Shown here in pieces: positions 37,930-47,175 of a DNA stretch of 64,000 bases. The notes under the pieces were generated by a model. That model saw nothing but the letters and a program-made list of their open reading frames with translations, ran no database searches and was not told where the DNA came from. The position numbers and the translations under genes are program-made. Position 1 is the stretch's first letter, and each line of letters starts with the position of its first letter. Source of the DNA: Candidatus Firestoneibacteriota bacterium (lineage in GTDB: Bacteria; Oederibacteriota; D2-FULL-39-29; JBBTED01). The stretch is from the NCBI GenBank assembly GCA_038042445.1, contig JBBTED010000018.1, positions 33,419 through 97,418 of the forward strand, in the 5' to 3' direction.

Positions 37930-38919
37930 ATGATAGAACAGAAAAAAGAAAGTACAGAAATAGATTCATGGGTAACGTATAGACCTGAAATCAAAATTTT
38001 GGATTGTACTGTTCGTGATGGCGGTTTAATTAACGACCACAAATTTGACGATAAATTTGTAAAGGCTGTTTATGATACCTGTGTTTTGGCTGGTGTAAAT
38101 TATATGGAGCTTGGTTATAAGGCTTCAAAAAAAATATTTGCTCCAAATCAGTTTGGTAAGTGGAAATATTGTGATGAAGATGATATCCGTAGTATTGTTG
38201 GTGAAAATAAAACCTCACTTAAGCTTTGTGTGATGGCAGATGCAGAAAGAACAGATTATCATGAAGATATATTGCCTAAGGAAAAAAGTGTATTTGATTG
38301 TATTCGTATAGCTACTTATATTCACCAGATTCCTACAGCTATTGATATGGTAAAAGATGCACATGATAAAGGTTATGAAACTGTAATGCAGCTTATGGCA
38401 ATTTCTGTGGTGCAGGATAGAGAACTAAATGATGCACTTGAGGTAATAGCTAAGACACCAGTGAGTGCTATTTATCTTGTGGATAGTTTTGGAGCTTTGT
38501 ATTCTGAACAAGTAAGGGATTTAATAAAAAAAATGCTGCATTATACAGAAGGAACTGGTAAAGAAGTAGGAATGCATGCTCATAATAATCAACAACTTGC
38601 TTATGCAAATACAATAGAAGCTTTAATTGTTGGAGCTACCCGGTTAGATGTTACAATTAATGGGTTAGGTCGTGGTGCGGGAAATTGTCCTATGGAATTA
38701 CTTCTCGGTTTTCTTAAAAATCCGCGTTTTAATTTAAGGCCTGTGCTTGAATGTGCCCAAAATATATTTGTTCCATTAAGTGAAAAAATAGATTGGGGAT
38801 ACAGTATACCATATATGATAACAGGTCAGTTAAATCAGCATCCACGTGAAGCTATAAAATTAAGGTCAAGTGATAAGAAAAATAATTATGTAGAGTTTTA
38901 TGACCAGATGATTGAGTAA
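37930..38919 (+). CDS. DRE-TIM metallolyase (HMGL-like / 4-hydroxy-2-oxovalerate aldolase-like)
   Basis: LDCTVRDGG, YLVDSFG, HAHNNQQLA, GLGRGAGN. Confidence 0.85.
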   Translation: MIEQKKESTEIDSWVTYRPEIKILDCTVRDGGLINDHKFDDKFVKAVYDTCVLAGVNYMELGYKASKKIFAPNQFGKWKYCDEDDIRSIVGENKTSLKLCVMADAERTDYHEDILPKEKSVFDCIRIATYIHQIPTAIDMVKDAHDKGYETVMQLMAISVVQDRELNDALEVIAKTPVSAIYLVDSFGALYSEQVRDLIKKMLHYTEGTGKEVGMHAHNNQQLAYANTIEALIVGATRLDVTINGLGRGAGNCPMELLLGFLKNPRFNLRPVLECAQNIFVPLSEKIDWGYSIPYMITGQLNQHPREAIKLRSSDKKNNYVEFYDQMIE

Positions 38920-38929
38920 TATTAAATGT

Positions 38930-39005
38930 GGGGCTGTAGCGTAGTTGGGAGCGCGTCTCCTCGGCAGGGAGAAGGTCACGGGTTCAAATCCCGTCAGCTC
39001 CACCA
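38930..39005 (+). tRNA. tRNA-Ala(GGC)
   Basis: Cloverleaf GGGGCTG/CAGCTCC with G3:U70, A73 and encoded CCA; anticodon loop TCGGCAG; T-loop TTCAAAT. Confidence 0.93.
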
Positions 39006-39025
39006 AAAACAATCAAAATTTTTAT

Positions 39026-39979
39026 ATGGACTTATTTGTTTCAATCATTATACCTTTTAAAAAATTCAATTCTTTTGTAGAAGAATGTGTTCAATATTGC
39101 AATAGTCTTGATTATTCTAATTACGAAGTGATTCTTCTGCCAGATGAAGATGAAAAGAAACAATTCCCGAAAGTAATAATTCATCCTACAGGTGATATAG
39201 GTCCTTCTGAAAAGCGAAATATTGGTATGAAAATTGCAAAAGGCGAAATTCTTGCTATGCTTGATGATGATGCTTATCCTGTATCTCAATGGTTAAAAAA
39301 AGCAGTGCAAAATTTTGCTGATCCTGAAGTTGCTGCTGTTGGGGGTCCTGCAGTTACACCTGATTCAGATGATTTTATGCAAAAAGCGAGTGGTTTAGTT
39401 TATTCATCAATTATGGCAAGTGGTGAGTATACATATCGTTATTTGCCAAAAGCAAGAAGGGAAGTTGATGATTATCCAACTTGTAATTTAATAATTAGAC
39501 GTTCAGTTCTTGAAGAAATAGGTGGTTTTGATAAGAAATACTGGCCAGGTGAAGATACAATAATATGTTTAAAAATTACAAAGGAATTACACAAGAAAAT
39601 AATATATGACCCGAAAGTTTTTGTTTATCATCACAGAAGAAGATTGTTTTTATCCCATTTAAAACAAGTTGCAAGTTATGCCCAGCATAGAGGAAATTTT
39701 GTTAAGAAGTTCCCAGAAACATCAGCAAAATTATCATATTTCATTCCATCGTTTTTTGTTTTATGGCTTATAATAGGTTTTATATTATCAGTATTTGTTT
39801 CCCAAATAACAATAGTTTATCAAATAATTTTAGCTGTATATCTATTATTGCTTTTATTTTTTACCAGCTTTACTAATCTGAGGTTGTATCTAATTACTAT
39901 GCTTGGTATATATATAACTCATTTTACTTATGGAGTTTATTTTCTTATAGGCTTATTTACAAGAGAGCTTAAAAGATGA
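39026..39979 (+). CDS. Glycosyltransferase family 2 with C-terminal TM helices
   Basis: SIIIP, KRN.G...AKGEILAMLDDD, GGFD, PGED; start moved downstream of the tRNA. Confidence 0.88.
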   Translation: MDLFVSIIIPFKKFNSFVEECVQYCNSLDYSNYEVILLPDEDEKKQFPKVIIHPTGDIGPSEKRNIGMKIAKGEILAMLDDDAYPVSQWLKKAVQNFADPEVAAVGGPAVTPDSDDFMQKASGLVYSSIMASGEYTYRYLPKARREVDDYPTCNLIIRRSVLEEIGGFDKKYWPGEDTIICLKITKELHKKIIYDPKVFVYHHRRRLFLSHLKQVASYAQHRGNFVKKFPETSAKLSYFIPSFFVLWLIIGFILSVFVSQITIVYQIILAVYLLLLLFFTSFTNLRLYLITMLGIYITHFTYGVYFLIGLFTRELKR

Positions 39980-39986
39980 TAGATAA

Positions 39987-40688
39987 TTATTTTGTAGCAG
40001 TATGGATTGAAATTGAACCAAAAAGTAGTGGGTAATGTTTTACATCTTTAAAACCAAATGAGAGTAATATATTCTTAAGTTCTAATGGGGTGTGAAAATC
40101 TATTATAGAATTTGACAAATATTTATAAGCTTGTTTATTCCCGGAAATAAAATAGCCAAACCAAAATATAAACCATTTACTATATAAATGAAAAAATTTT
40201 CTTATTATTTTGTTTTTAGGTTGACTTGACTCTACTATAACAAATTTACCATTATAAGACAGAACCCTGAATATTTCTTTTAAATAAATTGCTATTAATG
40301 GATTTTTATATGTTATATTTCTAAAAGCAAAAGATATGCCAATACAATCAAAGTATTCGTTAGAAAACGGTAATTTTGAAGCATCTTCCTTAATAAATGA
40401 AATAATTTTTGAATTATTAGTTTTTTGTTTTGCTACATCTAGCATTTGAGCACTGTAATCCAAACCAATAATCCTTGTGTTTTTATCTGCTAATTTTGCT
40501 ATATTAATTGCTAAATCACCTGTTCCACAACAAATATCCAAGACTGTTTTTGGTGATATACTAAAGCACTCTTTTGCTGCTTTAAATCGCCATTTGTTAT
40601 CCAATCCTAAAGTTATAACTTTATTTATAAAATCATATTTGTTTGTTACAGATGTAAATATATTATATAGAAAATTTGATTTTATCAT
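39987..40688 (-). CDS. menG: Demethylmenaquinone/ubiquinone methyltransferase (UbiE/MenG family)
   Basis: KYDFIN...LGLD..WR, LDICCGTGD, LPF....FD, ISFAFRN, AYKYL..SI. Confidence 0.85.
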   Translation of the reverse strand: MIKSNFLYNIFTSVTNKYDFINKVITLGLDNKWRFKAAKECFSISPKTVLDICCGTGDLAINIAKLADKNTRIIGLDYSAQMLDVAKQKTNNSKIISFIKEDASKLPFSNEYFDCIGISFAFRNITYKNPLIAIYLKEIFRVLSYNGKFVIVESSQPKNKIIRKFFHLYSKWFIFWFGYFISGNKQAYKYLSNSIIDFHTPLELKNILLSFGFKDVKHYPLLFGSISIHTATK

Positions 40689-40976
40689 TATATTTGATTG
40701 GGGGGGTAGATGAGGGAACTTTTTCTCCTTCGCTCGTTTCTCTTGCTCCTCCGAAACCTGCCACCCTTACTTTATCCTCGCTATCGCTTGGCGTTCGGGT
40801 TGGCTTCAAGTCCCTTTTATATTTGATTTGGGGTGGATGAGGGGACTTTTTCTCCTCCGTTCGCTTTGCTCACTCTTCCGAAACCTGCCACTCCTCACTT
40901 TTTCCTCGCTTTGCTCGGCGTTCGGAGTTGGCTTCAAGTCCCTTTTATATTTGATTTGGGGTGGATGAGGGGACTT
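40689..40976 (-). repeat. Tandem ~128-bp repeats, each ending in a copy of the tRNA-His 3' end
   Basis: TATATTTGAT-T(T)GGGG...GATGAGGG(G/A)ACT at 40689, 40818 and 40946 (periods 129 and 128 bp); the two interiors are clearly homologous. Confidence 0.88.
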
Positions 40977-41034
40977 GAACCCCCAGCCTCACGGGCCACA
41001 GCCATGCGCTCTAACCAGTTGAGCTACATCCACC
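40957..41034 (-). tRNA. tRNA-His(GTG)
   Basis: Reverse complement G-GTGGATG...CATGG-CTGTGGC-CCGTG...CATCCAC-C-CCA, with G-1 and C73. Confidence 0.95.
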
Positions 41035-41045
41035 ATTTTACTTCA

Positions 41046-41122
41046 TGGTGCGCCCGAGAGGATTCGAACCTCCGGCCAATTGATTAGAAATCAATTGCTC
41101 TATCCAACTGAGCTACGGGCGC
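41046..41122 (-). tRNA. tRNA-Arg(TCT)
   Basis: GCGCCCG...ATTGA-TTTCTAA-TCAAT...CGGGCGC-A-CCA. Confidence 0.95.
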
Positions 41123-41141
41123 ATATTTAAAATTTTAAGAT

Positions 41142-41219
41142 TGGTCGGGGCGCTCGGATTTGAACCGAGGGCCTCCTGCTCCCAAAGCAGGCGCGCTAAG
41201 CCAGCTGCGCCACGCCCCG
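41142..41219 (-). tRNA. tRNA-Pro(TGG)
   Basis: CGGGGCG...CCTGC-TTTGGGA-GCAGG...CGCCCCG-A-CCA. Confidence 0.95.
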
Positions 41220-41432
41220 ATTGTAAATTTAGATTCTACCCAAAAAAAAGTTTAAAGTCAAAATATTTTTATGACAAATATTTTTTAAAACTAAATTTAA
41301 AAGATGCATTTATTCTAATAAAAATGTTATAATGACATAATTTTTTACTAATTTGGTAATCTTTCCGTATAAGGAAGTAAAACAAAATTATAGTATTCAT
41401 TCTACGAATGATGAAAGGAAGGAAAGTAATTT

Positions 41433-43289
41433 ATGAAAAGGGATAACATAAGAAATGTTGCGATAATCGCGCACGTGGATCATGGCAAGACAACATTGGT
41501 TGATGCAATGTTAAAACAGACACACTCAGTAAAGATTGGCGTAGCGTCTACAGATTTGATTATGGACAGTATGGATCTTGAGCGGGAACGGGGTATTACG
41601 ATTAAAGCAAAAAACGCTTCGTTAATGTATAAAGGAATTAAGATTAATATTGTTGATACTCCTGGGCATGCTGATTTTGGTGGCGAAGTGGAACGTACAT
41701 TAAGAATGGCTGATGGAGTGTTGTTATTGATAGATGCAAAAGAAGGTCCTATGCCGCAGACCAAGTTCGTTCTAAAAAAAGCAATGGAACTTGCACTCAA
41801 AGCTATAGTTGTGATTAATAAAATTGACAAACCTAATGCGCGAGTAGATGAGTCTGTAAATAAAACCTTTGATCTTTTCGTAAAATTGAATGCGAATCAT
41901 CTTCAGCTAGATTTTCCTATCATTTACGCTTCTGGTATTCGAGGACTGGCATCGAAATCTGCAGAGGATCTTCTTGCTAAGCTTGCAAACAGTGATACTC
42001 CTCCAGATATTTTCCCTTTATTTGAAACTATCATAAATAGCATACCTGCACCTGAAGTTGAAATAAACGATTCTTTTACTATGCAGGTATTGGCTTTGGC
42101 TTACAATAATTACAAAGGACGAATGGGTATAGGAAAAGTGAAATTTGGGAAAATAAAAATTAACCAGAATATGATGTTAATAAAACCAGACAATAGCAGG
42201 ACAACTGATCAGATTAAAAGTTTGCAGATGTATGAAGGTTTAAATCAGGTGGATGTTGAGGAAGCCGAGGCCGGTGATATAGTGGCAATTGGCGGATTTT
42301 CGGATGTTCACATTGGAGATGTTATAACAGATCCTATAAATCCCAAAATTCTTCCTGCTGTACAAATTGAACCGCCAACTATAAAGATGACTTTTGGCGT
42401 TAATACTGCACCTGGTTCTGGCAAGGAAGGTAAATTTGTGACTTCGCGAAATCTGCGTGATCGTTTAATCAAAGAACTTGAAACTAACGTGGCTTTGAAG
42501 GTTGAAGGATTAGATCAAGGGACTGATACTTTTTTAGTTTCCGGAAGAGGTGAGCTTCATTTGGCAGTATTAATAGAAACTATGAGAAGAGAAGATTTTG
42601 TATTGCAAGTCGGACAGCCAAAAGTTATTTTTCATGAAGAAAATGGCGTAAAGCTTGAACCTTACGAAAATCTTTTTATTGATGTACCTCGCGAACATCA
42701 GGGAACTGTCATTGAAGAACTTGGGAAACGCGGCGGTGAGATACTGCATATGGACGCAACTATTGGTGGTGATATCCATGCCGAATATTTGATTCCTACA
42801 CGCGGATTGCTTGGTTTGAAAAACCTACTGATGAATCGCACGCGAGGAACTGTTGTAATAAACAACCTATTTGATTCATATAAACCTGTGCATGATATTG
42901 ATCTGCGTGATAACGAACATGGCTCCCTTATAGCTAGCGAACCGGGAATATCTAATGCATATGGATTGAATAATGCTCAAGAACGAGGTGCTTTATTTAT
43001 AAATCCTAGTGTTGAAGTTTACGAAGGTATGGTAGTAGGCAGACATAACATTGAAAGTGATCTTGAGATAAACGTATGCAAAGGTAAAAAACAATCTAAT
43101 ATGAGAGCTTCTGGTACTGACGAGGCTATCGTTCTTACTCCTCCTGTTGATGTGACTCTGGATTTTGCCCTGGAATACGTAGGCGCTGATGAATTGGTGG
43201 ACGTAACACCGAAAAACATTCGTATTCGCAAGCAAGTTTTAACCTCAGTGAATAGAAAAAGGCAAAGAAGAAACGAGAAGGAGCGATAA
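41433..43289 (+). CDS. typA: Translational GTPase TypA/BipA
   Basis: AHVDHGKTT, ERERGITI, DTPGHADFGGEVER, GRGELHL, VYEGMVVG. Confidence 0.97.
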   Translation: MKRDNIRNVAIIAHVDHGKTTLVDAMLKQTHSVKIGVASTDLIMDSMDLERERGITIKAKNASLMYKGIKINIVDTPGHADFGGEVERTLRMADGVLLLIDAKEGPMPQTKFVLKKAMELALKAIVVINKIDKPNARVDESVNKTFDLFVKLNANHLQLDFPIIYASGIRGLASKSAEDLLAKLANSDTPPDIFPLFETIINSIPAPEVEINDSFTMQVLALAYNNYKGRMGIGKVKFGKIKINQNMMLIKPDNSRTTDQIKSLQMYEGLNQVDVEEAEAGDIVAIGGFSDVHIGDVITDPINPKILPAVQIEPPTIKMTFGVNTAPGSGKEGKFVTSRNLRDRLIKELETNVALKVEGLDQGTDTFLVSGRGELHLAVLIETMRREDFVLQVGQPKVIFHEENGVKLEPYENLFIDVPREHQGTVIEELGKRGGEILHMDATIGGDIHAEYLIPTRGLLGLKNLLMNRTRGTVVINNLFDSYKPVHDIDLRDNEHGSLIASEPGISNAYGLNNAQERGALFINPSVEVYEGMVVGRHNIESDLEINVCKGKKQSNMRASGTDEAIVLTPPVDVTLDFALEYVGADELVDVTPKNIRIRKQVLTSVNRKRQRRNEKER

Positions 43290-43432
43290 AAAAGTACAGC
43301 TAAAAACTTTACTGATGTGGTGCGATGTGGTGCGAATAAGCTTGTATTTTGACTTACCTTTAAGATATAATAAACTTTAATATGAATCATATTCAGAATG
43401 CAAATAAAATGACTAAAGGAGATGGTGTAATT

Positions 43433-44647
43433 ATGAATTCAACACAAAATAATTTTTCTGGGCTTGGTATAGCTCCGGGATTTTTTGAAGTACTCGAAAG
43501 ATTAAAATTTCACGTACCAACTCCAATTCAGCATAAGGTTATACCTATAGCAATTGAGGGTAAGGATATTATTGGGGTTGCTCAGACTGGTACAGGTAAG
43601 ACTCTTGCTTTTGGTATTCCAATGATTCAACGTCTTACTCAGAAAAAAGGTAAAGGTTTGGTTCTTGTTCCTACGAGGGAACTTGCCATTCAGGTAAACG
43701 AGGCTATTATAAAGTTTGCTTTGGCATTTAAGATGAGAACATCTGTGCTTATTGGTGGGGATTCTATGTACACACAAACTAAGTCTTTGAGAAATGAACC
43801 ACGTATTATTGTTGCAACTCCTGGGCGTCTTATTGATCATATTACTCGTCGTAATGTACGTCTTGATAATGTAGGCATTCTTGTTCTTGATGAAGCAGAT
43901 CGTATGCTTGATATGGGCTTTGCTCCACAAATAGAACGTATCTTGAAGCTTGTTCCAAGAGATCGCCAGACCATGCTTTTTTCAGCTACAATACCAACCA
44001 GTATAGTTAATATAGCAGCTACATATATGCAGTTGCCTGTACGTACTGAGATCGCACCTTCCGGGACAGCAGCTGAACTTGTTTCTCAGGAGATGTTTAT
44101 TGTAAGTAAGGAATTGAAAAGCAAGCTTCTTGGAGAATTGCTTAAACAATATACAGGTTCTGTGCTTTTGTTTATGCGAACAAAAATAGCAGCGCAGAAA
44201 ATTACACGTACTTTGCGAACAATGGGATATGCTGCAGCTGAAATTCATTCAGATAGAAGTTTGGGGCAACGTAAGGAAGCATTGCAAGGTTTTAAATCTG
44301 GTAAATATCGTATTCTTGCTGCAACTGATATTGCATCGCGAGGTATTGATGTGATAGGAATTGAATTAGTTGTAAATTATGATTTACCTGATGATCCAGA
44401 AAATTATGTTCATAGAATAGGTCGTACTGGAAGGGCTGGAATAAAAGGTCATGCTATTACTTTTGCAACTCCAGACCAAGGCGGAGATGTGCGAAATATA
44501 GAAAGAATTATTAGAACATCAATTCCTTTGTCTAAACATCCGGAAATTCCTGTAGAACGTTTTTCAGCCATAACTAAGACATTTGCATGGAAACATAAAA
44601 CTTATCGAGGTAAACGAAACAGTTTTCATAGCCGTTTCAAAAGATAA
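43433..44647 (+). CDS. DEAD-box RNA helicase
   Basis: PTPIQ, AQTGTGKT, PTRELA, TPGR, DEAD, SAT, HRIGRTGR; ATG 43433 follows AAGGAG. Confidence 0.93.
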   Translation: MNSTQNNFSGLGIAPGFFEVLERLKFHVPTPIQHKVIPIAIEGKDIIGVAQTGTGKTLAFGIPMIQRLTQKKGKGLVLVPTRELAIQVNEAIIKFALAFKMRTSVLIGGDSMYTQTKSLRNEPRIIVATPGRLIDHITRRNVRLDNVGILVLDEADRMLDMGFAPQIERILKLVPRDRQTMLFSATIPTSIVNIAATYMQLPVRTEIAPSGTAAELVSQEMFIVSKELKSKLLGELLKQYTGSVLLFMRTKIAAQKITRTLRTMGYAAAEIHSDRSLGQRKEALQGFKSGKYRILAATDIASRGIDVIGIELVVNYDLPDDPENYVHRIGRTGRAGIKGHAITFATPDQGGDVRNIERIIRTSIPLSKHPEIPVERFSAITKTFAWKHKTYRGKRNSFHSRFKR

Positions 44648-45391
44648 TTAACTTCTGTTAAAATTTATTATTGCTAAAATACTGGTAATAACACTAAAGG
44701 TTATTAATACTGATAAAGAAAGAATAACAGGAAATTGATTTGTTCCAAGCATGATGTGCCTTAAAATATCAACTCCGTAAGTAAGTGGATCTATTTTTAC
44801 AAAAGTACTAAGCCATGAAGGCAATTTAGTAATTGGAAACATTGAACCGCTTAAGAAAAAAATCGGCATTACAACAAAATTCATAATACTTCCAAATCCT
44901 TCTGCTGTTGTCATTCTGCTTGCAATTAATATTCCAAAAGAAGTAAAAGCAAATGAAATCAGAAACATTAAAACCATTACTTTCAAAACAATTAATAATG
45001 TAAGTTTTACGCCTACAAATGGCGCTAATATTAGAACTATAGTTCCTTCTAATAGTGCTAATGTGCTTCCACTTATAGTTTTTCCTGCTACTATAGAAGT
45101 TCTGGAAATTGGTGCAACAAGAATTTCTTTTAAAAATCCAAATTCTCTATCCCATACAATGGTTATGGCTGAGTGCATTGAAGTGAAAAGTATAGCCATA
45201 GTTATAATTCCGGGAAAAATGAATTGGGTATAATTTATTCCTCCAAATCCGATGAAAGAACTTTTTAATCCATACCCCATTGTAAAAAGCCAGAGTAAAG
45301 GTCTGGCAAGAGAAGATAATAAATGTGTTTTATCTCTATAAAAACGTTTAATGTCTCTGAGCCATATCATATATATAATTTCTAAATACAT
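44648..45391 (-). CDS. ABC-2 type exporter permease (DrrB-like)
   Basis: DREFGFLKEILVAPISR, FFLSG..FP, DPLTY.VD. Confidence 0.9.
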   Translation of the reverse strand: MYLEIIYMIWLRDIKRFYRDKTHLLSSLARPLLWLFTMGYGLKSSFIGFGGINYTQFIFPGIITMAILFTSMHSAITIVWDREFGFLKEILVAPISRTSIVAGKTISGSTLALLEGTIVLILAPFVGVKLTLLIVLKVMVLMFLISFAFTSFGILIASRMTTAEGFGSIMNFVVMPIFFLSGSMFPITKLPSWLSTFVKIDPLTYGVDILRHIMLGTNQFPVILSLSVLITFSVITSILAIINFNRS

Positions 45392-45392
45392 T

Positions 45393-46178
45393 TCAAAGCC
45401 TTCTTTTTGCCATAACAATTCTTTTTGTAAATTCTCCGGAATCATTTGTGGTGTTTTTAACTTCACGTCCTATTAATTCTAAAAATACATCATTTATGGT
45501 GGATTTGCCTGTTTGTTTTTTTAAGCTGTCTGGTGTATCTAATGCAATAATTTTTCCATAATTTATTATTGCGATTTTATCGCAGTTTTCTGCTTCATCC
45601 ATATAATGCGTTGTAAGAATAACAGTTATTCGATCTTTACGCTGAATATCTTTTATAAACTCCCATATATGATTTCTTGTTTGTGGATCCAATCCTAAAG
45701 TTGGTTCATCCAGAAAAAGAACTGGTGGGCGATGCATTAATCCTCTTGCTATTTCCAACCTTCTTTTCATTCCGCCAGAAAAAGTTCTAACTAAACATTT
45801 TCTCCTGGTAGTAAGATTAACCATTTCTAAAACTTCGTCTATTCTTTTTCTTCTTAAATCCTTTTTCATTTTGTAGATAATTCCATGAAATTCCAGATTT
45901 TCTTGTGCAGTTAAACGTTCATCTAAACTGGGGTCCTGAAAAATAATTCCAATTGATTTTCGGACATCTGAAGGATGTTTCTGAATGTTGTATCCATTTA
46001 CAAAAGCTGTGCCAGATGTTGGCTTAAGCAAAGTACATAACATTTTTATAGTCGTAGTTTTTCCTGCACCATTAGGACCTAAAAACCCAAATATCTCTCC
46101 CTTTTTAACATCAAAAGATATGTTATCTACAGCAATTATATCCTTATATTTTTTTGTTAAATTATGTATTTCAATCAT
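45393..46178 (-). CDS. ABC exporter ATP-binding protein (DrrA-like)
   Basis: GPNGAGKTT, FSGGMKRRLEIA, LDEPT, TTHY. Confidence 0.93.
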   Translation of the reverse strand: MIEIHNLTKKYKDIIAVDNISFDVKKGEIFGFLGPNGAGKTTTIKMLCTLLKPTSGTAFVNGYNIQKHPSDVRKSIGIIFQDPSLDERLTAQENLEFHGIIYKMKKDLRRKRIDEVLEMVNLTTRRKCLVRTFSGGMKRRLEIARGLMHRPPVLFLDEPTLGLDPQTRNHIWEFIKDIQRKDRITVILTTHYMDEAENCDKIAIINYGKIIALDTPDSLKKQTGKSTINDVFLELIGREVKNTTNDSGEFTKRIVMAKRRL

Positions 46179-46294
46179 ATTTATTTATTTTTTAATCATT
46201 CAAACAAATATTTTATCAAGTTCTAACTCTCTAGACAACAAAAAACACAAAAATTTAAAAATGGGTCAGTCTTGTGTTTTTTTTGTTATATCGC

Positions 46295-46347
46295 GTAGGG
46301 GCGGATTTATCCGCCCAATAATTAAGGGCTGGCAAGTCAGTTCCTAC
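46295..46347. repeat. GTAG-type REP doublet
   Basis: GTAGGGGCGGATTTATCCGCCC and degenerate inverted partner GGGCTGGCAAGTCAGTTCCTAC; same family as 55532. Confidence 0.7.
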
Positions 46348-46427
46348 TGACTTATTCCAATAGCAATGCGAATAATCTTGAATTAAAATTTATATTCAAG
46401 GTATAATAAAGATTGGGGTGATAAAAA

Positions 46428-47174
46428 ATGATTTCTTTTATTGCATTTATTGGAGTTTTTTCTGTGATTGTACTTGTTCACGAATGTGGGCATTTTATTG
46501 CAGCTAAAAGATTCGGCGTAAAAGTTTATGAATTTTCCATAGGGTTTCCATTTGGCCCCCGTGTTTTTCTTTTTAAACATAAAGAAACAGAATTTACTTT
46601 GAGATTGTTTCCATTGGGTGGATTTGTGAGTTTTTCAAAAGAAGGTGATGAAAATACAGGGAATTTATTTGAAGTTTCTAATTTAAATCGTGCATTAATT
46701 GTTTCTGCAGGTTCTTTTTTTAATATTATTTTTTCCTTTATAGTTTTTACAATGGTATTTTTTATTGCCAGACATCTTAATTTTATTGATGCTATAGCAT
46801 TAACAGCTAAAACTATGGGAATAATATTATCCGGTACTATAACTACCATTTTAAATATTATTTCTGGAAAAGGTTCTATGGAAGCATTCATAGGGCCTGT
46901 AGGTATTGCTGTTATGGCAGGACAAGTAGCAAATAAAGGGATTTTAGATTTATTGTATTTTTCTGGTATATTAAGTATGAGTCTTGGAATAATGAATTTT
47001 ATCCCATTTCCTGCTTTAGATGGTGGACAGTTATTTTTACTTCTTATAGAGGCAGTTAAGAAAAAGAAATTGAGTTTAAAAACATATCAAATAATCAATT
47101 CTATTGGTTTTTTACTATTTATTCTTTTAACAATTATAGTAACTTATAAAGATATTATTAGATTTATCGCCTGA
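46428..47174 (+). CDS. Site-2 protease (M50, RseP-like) without PDZ domain
   Basis: HECGH, FSIGF, PLGGFV, GPVGI, NFIPFPALDGG. Confidence 0.9.
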   Translation: MISFIAFIGVFSVIVLVHECGHFIAAKRFGVKVYEFSIGFPFGPRVFLFKHKETEFTLRLFPLGGFVSFSKEGDENTGNLFEVSNLNRALIVSAGSFFNIIFSFIVFTMVFFIARHLNFIDAIALTAKTMGIILSGTITTILNIISGKGSMEAFIGPVGIAVMAGQVANKGILDLLYFSGILSMSLGIMNFIPFPALDGGQLFLLLIEAVKKKKLSLKTYQIINSIGFLLFILLTIIVTYKDIIRFIA

Positions 47175-47175
47175 A

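Noticed and set aside
38945..39025. N-terminal extension of the GT2 ORF
   Set aside because: It overlaps tRNA-Ala; ATG 39026 gives a normal GT2 start.
40689..40976. CRISPR array
   Set aside because: The interiors are homologous to each other rather than unique spacers, the repeated end is tRNA-derived, and no cas genes are present.
38930..41219. Prophage or integrative island at the tRNA genes
   Set aside because: No integrase or phage genes; the tRNA-end duplications are only ~128 bp apart.
40833..41332. Short plus-strand ORFs 40833-41087 and 41141-41332
   Set aside because: Antisense readings of tRNA genes and repeats.
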